In this document: positions 60,001 to 64,000 of the stretch, one piece after another
Layout of the letters: each line of letters opens with the position of its first letter
Numbering within the stretch: position 1 is the first letter of the stretch
Assembly: GCA_964016885.1 (NCBI GenBank)
Contig: OZ024740.1
Span: forward strand, 77,252,001-77,316,000
DNA length: 64,000 nucleotides
From: Eledone cirrhosa
Lineage: Eukaryota
Reading direction: 5' to 3'
Program-made: the position numbers and the translations under genes
Notes under the pieces: model-generated
Told to the model about the DNA's origin: nothing
What the model saw: only the letters and a program-made list of their open reading frames with translations
Databases searched by the model: none

Positions 60001-63000
60001 ATGTTAGTGTTGTTAGCGATGGTATTGGAGTTGGCGATGGTGTTGGTGTTGGTGGTGGGGCTAGAGTGCTGTTGATGTTGATGTTGGTGTTGTTAGCGAT
60101 GGTATTGGAGTTGGCGTTGTTGTTGGTGTTGGTGGTGGGGTTAGAGTGCTGTTGATGTTGATGTTGGTGTTGTTAGCGATGGTATTGGAGTTGGTGTTGG
60201 TGTTGGTGGTGGGGCTAGAGTGCTGTTGATGTTCATGTTGGTGTTGTTAGAGATGGTATTGGATTTGGTGTTGGTGTTGGTGGTGGGGCTGGAGTGTTGT
60301 TGATATTGATGTTGGTGTTGTTAGCGATGGTATTGGAGTTGGTGTTGGTGTTGGTGGTGGGGCTAGAGTGCTGTTGATGTTGATGTTGGTGTTGTTAGAG
60401 ATGGTATTGGAGTTGGCGTTGGTGTTGGTGGTGGGGCAGGAGTGTTGTTGATGTTGATTTTGGTGTTGTTAGCGATGGTATTGGAGTTGGCGTTGTTGTT
60501 GGTGTTGGGGCTGGAGTGCTGTTGATGTTGATGTTGGTGTTGTTAGCGATTGTAATGGAATGGGCGTTGGTGTTGGTGGTGGGGCTGGAGTGCTGTTGAT
60601 GTTGATGTTGGTGTTGTTAGCGATTGTATTGGAGTTGGTGTTGGTGTTGGTGGTGCGGCTGGAGTGCTGTTGATGTTGATGTTGGTGCTGTTAGCGATTG
60701 TATTGGAGTTGGTGTTGGTGTTGGTGGCGGGGCGGGAGTGCTGTTGATGTTGATGTTGGTGTTGTTAGCGAAGGTATTCGAGTTGGCGTTGGTGTTGGGT
60801 TGGTGGTGGGGCTAGAGTGCTGTTGATGTTGATGTTGGTGGTGGGGCCGGAGTGGTGTTGTTAGCGATGGTATTGGAGTTGGTGTTGGTGTTGGTGGTGG
60901 GGCTGGTGTGCTGTTGATGTTGATTTTGGTGTTGTTAGCGATGGTATTGGAGTTGGCGTTGATGTTGGTGGTGGGGCTGGAGTGCTGTTGATGTTGATGT
61001 TGGTGTTGTTAGCGATGGTATTGGAGTTGGCGTTGGTGGTGGGGCTGGTGTGCTGTTGATGTTGATGTTGGTGTTGTTAGCGATGGTATTTGAATTGGTG
61101 TTGGTGGTGGGGCTGGAGTGCTGTTGATGTTGATGTTGGTGTTGTTAGCGATGGTACTGGAGGTGGCGTTGGTGTTGGTGGTGGGGCTGGAGCGCTGTTG
61201 ATGTTGATGTTGGTGTTGTTAGCGATGGTATTTGAATTGGTGTTGGTGGTGGGGCTGGAGTGCTGTTGATGTTGATTTTGGTGTTGTTAGCGATGGTATT
61301 GGATTTGGCGTTGATGTTGGCGGTGGAGCTGGAGTGCTGTTGATGTTGATGTTGGTGTTGTTAGCGATGGTATTGGAGTTGGCGTTGGTGGTGGGGCTGG
61401 TGTGCTGTTGATGTTGATGTTGGTGTTGTTAGCGATGGTATTTGAATTGGTGTTGGTGGTGGGGCTGGTGTGCTGTTGATGTTGATGTTGGTGTTGTTAG
61501 CCCTGGTATTGGAGTTGGCGTTGGTGTTGGGGCTGGAGTGCTGTTGATGTTGATGTTGGTGTTGTTAGCGATGTTATTGGAGTTGGTGTTGGTGTTGGTG
61601 GCGGGGCGGGAGTGCTGTTGATGTTGATGTTGGTGTTGTTAGCGAAGGTATTCCAGTTGGCGTTGGTGTTGGTGTTGGTGGTGGGGCTGGAGTGCTGTTG
61701 ATGTTGATGTTGGTGTTGTTAGCGATTGTATTGGAGTTAGCGTTGGTGTTGGTGGTGGGGCCGGAGTGGTGTTGTTAGCGATGGTATTGGAGTTGGTGTT
61801 GGTGTTGGTGGTGGGGCTGGTGTGCTGTTGATGTTGATGTTGGTGTTGTTAGCGATGTTATTGGAGGTGGCGTTGGTGTTGGTGGTGCGGTTGGAGTGCT
61901 GTTGATGTTGATGTTGGTGTTGTGAGCGATGGTATTGGAGTTGGCGTTGATGTTGGTGGTGGGGCTGGAGTGCTGTTGATGTTGATGTTGGTGTTGTTAG
62001 CGATGGTATTGGAGTTGGCGTTGATGTTGGTGGTGGGGCTGGAGTGCTGTTGATGTTGATGTTGGTGTTGTTAGCGATGGTATTTGAATTGGTGTTGGTG
62101 GTGGGGCTGGTGTGCTGTTGATGTTGATGTTGGTGTTGTTAGCCCTGGTATTGGAGTTGGCGTTGGTGTTGGGGCTGGAGTGCTGTTGATGTTGATGTTG
62201 GTGTTGTTAGCGATGGTATTGGAGTTGGTGTGGTGTTGGTGTTGGGGCTGGAGTGCTGTTGATGTTGATGTTGGTGTTGTTAGCGATGGTATTGGAGGTG
62301 GCGTTGGTGTTTGTGGTGGGGCTGGAGTGCTGTTGATGTTGATGTTGGTGTTGTTAGCGATGGTATTGGAGTTGGTGTGGTGTTGGTGGTGGGGCGGGAG
62401 TGTTTTTGATGTTGATGTTGGTGTTGTTAGCGATGTTATTGAAGGTGGCGTTGGTGTTGGTGGTGGGGCTGGAGTGCTGTTGATGTTGATGTTGGTGTTG
62501 TTAGCGATGGTATTGGAGTTGGTGTTGGTGTTGGAGTTGGTGTTGGGGCAGGAGTGCTGTTGATGTTGATGTTGGTGTTGTTAGCGATGGTATTGCAGTT
62601 GGTGTTGGTGTTGGTGGTGGGGCTGGAGTGCTGTTGATGTTGATGTTGGTGTTGTTGGCGATTGTAATGGAATTGGCGTTGGTGTTGGTGGTGGGGCTGG
62701 AGTGCTGTTGATGTTGATGTTGGTGTTGTTAGCGATTGTATTGGAGTTGGTGTTGGTGTTGGTGGTGGGGCTGGAGTGCTGTTGATGTTGATGTTGGTGT
62801 TGTTAGCGATGTTATTGGAGGTAGCGTAGGTGTTGGTGGTGGGGCTGGAGTGCTGTTGATGTTGATGTATGTGTTGTTAGCGATGTTATTGGAGGTAGCG
62901 TTGGTGTTGATGGTGGGGCTGGAGTGCTGTTGATGTTGATGTTGGTGTTGTTAGCGATGGTATTGGAGTTGGCGTTGGTGTTGGTGGTGGGGCTGGAGTG

Positions 63001-63035
63001 CTGTTGATGTTGATGTTGGTGTTGTTAGCGATTGT
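34290..63035. repeat. ~12.2 kb tandem duplication (copy 1 ~34290-46490; copy 2 ~46490-63035, lengthened by an internal 4489-bp duplication)
   Basis: Offsets are 12191 (34336/46527, 36287/48478), 12117 (37254/49371, 40709/52826), 12043 (42954/54997, 44092/56135) and 16532 = 12043+4489 (45552/62084, 46204/62736). The first two steps are exactly 74 bp. Confidence 0.92.
53202..62214. repeat. 4489-bp near-perfect tandem duplication (junction ~57690-57725)
   Basis: Constant offset of 4489 for ORFs 53245/57734, 53715/58204, 54997/59486, 56135/60624. I spotted only one substitution by eye (58317, G>T). Confidence 0.92.
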
Positions 63036-64000
63036 ATTGGAGTTGTCGTTCGTGTTGGGGGTGGAACTGGAGTGCTGTTGATGTTGATGTTGGTGTTGTT
63101 AGCGATGGTGTTGGAGTTGGCGTTGGTGTTGGTGGTGGGGCTGGTGTGCTGTTGATGTTGATGTTGGTGTTGTTAGCCCTGGTATTGGAGTTGGCGTTGG
63201 TGTTGGGGCTGGAGTGCTGTTGATGTTGATGTTGGTGTTGTTAGCGATGGTATTGGAGTTGGTGTGGTGTTGGTGGTGGGGCGGGAGTGTGTTTGATGTT
63301 GATGTTGGTGTTGTTAACGATGTTATTGGATTTGGCGTTGGTGTTGGTGGTGGGGCTGGAGTGCTGTTGATGTTGGTGTTGGTGTTGTTAGCGATGGTAT
63401 TGGAGTTGGCGTTGGTGTTGGAGTTGGTGGTGTGGCTAGAGTGCTGTTGATGTTGTTGTTGGTGTTGTTAGCGATGGTATTGGAGTTGGCGTTGGTGTTG
63501 GTGTTGGTGGTGTGGCTGGAGTGCTGTTGATATTGATGTTGGTGTTGTTAGCAATGGTATTGGAGTTGGTGTTCGTGGTGGTGGTGGGGCTGGAGTGCTG
63601 TTGATGTTGATGTTGGTGTCGTTAGCGATGGTTTGGGTGTTGGCGTTGATGTTGGTGGTGGGGCTGGAATGCTGTTTATGTTGATGTTAGTGTTGTTAGC
63701 GATGGTATTGGAGTGGGCGATGGTGTTGGTGTTGGTGGTGTGGCTGGAGTGCTGTTGATGTTGATGTTGGTGTTGTTAGCGATGGTATTGGAGTTGGCGT
63801 TGTTGTTGGTGTTAGTGGTGAGTTGGAGTGCTGTTGATGTTGATGTTGGTGTTGTTAGCGATGGTATTGGTGTTGGTGGTGGGGCTGGAGTGTTGTTGAT
63901 ATTGATGTTGGTGTTGTTAGCGATGGTATTGGAGTTGGTGTTGGTGTTGGTGGTGGGGCTGGAGTGCTGTTGATGTTGATGTTGGTGTTGTTAGCGATGG

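Larger units (their letters stand above)
1..64000. repeat. GT-rich tandem satellite array, 74-bp consensus monomer, roughly 850 copies, running off both ends of the window
   Basis: The core GGAGTGCTGTTGATGTTGATGTTGGTGTTGTTAGCGATGGTATTGGA recurs, typically every 68-98 bp (mode 74), from start to end in the same orientation. No non-repeat sequence was seen. Copy number is estimated as 64000/~75. Confidence 0.99.

Noticed and set aside
1318-63973. About 60 short + strand ORFs (MLLMLMLVLLAMVLEL.../VDVDVGVVSDGIGVG...) that look like hydrophobic membrane peptides
   Set aside because: They are translations of the satellite. The unit length is not a multiple of 3, they switch frame every monomer, most use GTG/TTG starts, and they exist only where a variant removes a TGA/TAG or shifts frame.
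1-64000. Giant mucin/adhesin CDS on the minus strand
   Set aside because: As assembled, each minus frame meets the TAA in GCTAAC about every three monomers, and I saw no 75-bp monomer. The shift is in every unit and not in a homopolymer, so sequencing error is unlikely. Kept only as an ancestry hypothesis.
1-64000. CRISPR-like constant repeat plus variable spacer layout
   Set aside because: The variable parts are all homologous hexamer arms rather than unique spacers. The repeat is not palindromic, and there is no leader or cas gene.

Overview
The whole 64 kb window is one uninterrupted, head-to-tail satellite array in a single orientation. I found no unique sequence, credible gene, RNA gene, mobile element or CRISPR array. 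The consensus monomer is 74 bp (GGAGTGCTGTTGATGTTGATGTTGGTGTTGTTAGCGATGGTATTGGAGTTGGCGTTGGTGTTGGTGGTGGGGCT; 34 G, 29 T, 7 A, 4 C), so the + strand is 85% G+T at about 51% GC. It is built from degenerate GTTGGT-type hexamers, and common length variants differ in 6-bp steps (68/74/80/86/98). Diagnostic variant monomers show layered organisation: a ~2.7-2.8 kb higher-order repeat (HOR) at ~1.3-13 kb containing a 3413-bp duplication, a more monomeric zone at ~13-16.6 kb, then nested duplications of 5967, ~6.3-6.4 kb, ~12.2 kb and 4489 bp. All listed ORFs are by-products of the repeat. The most curious point is that the minus-strand monomer reads as a mucin/extensin-like Pro-Thr-Ser peptide exactly one nucleotide short of a continuously open frame. 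The organism (probably a eukaryote) and the chromosomal position cannot be determined from this window. Block boundaries were read by eye and are accurate to about one monomer.
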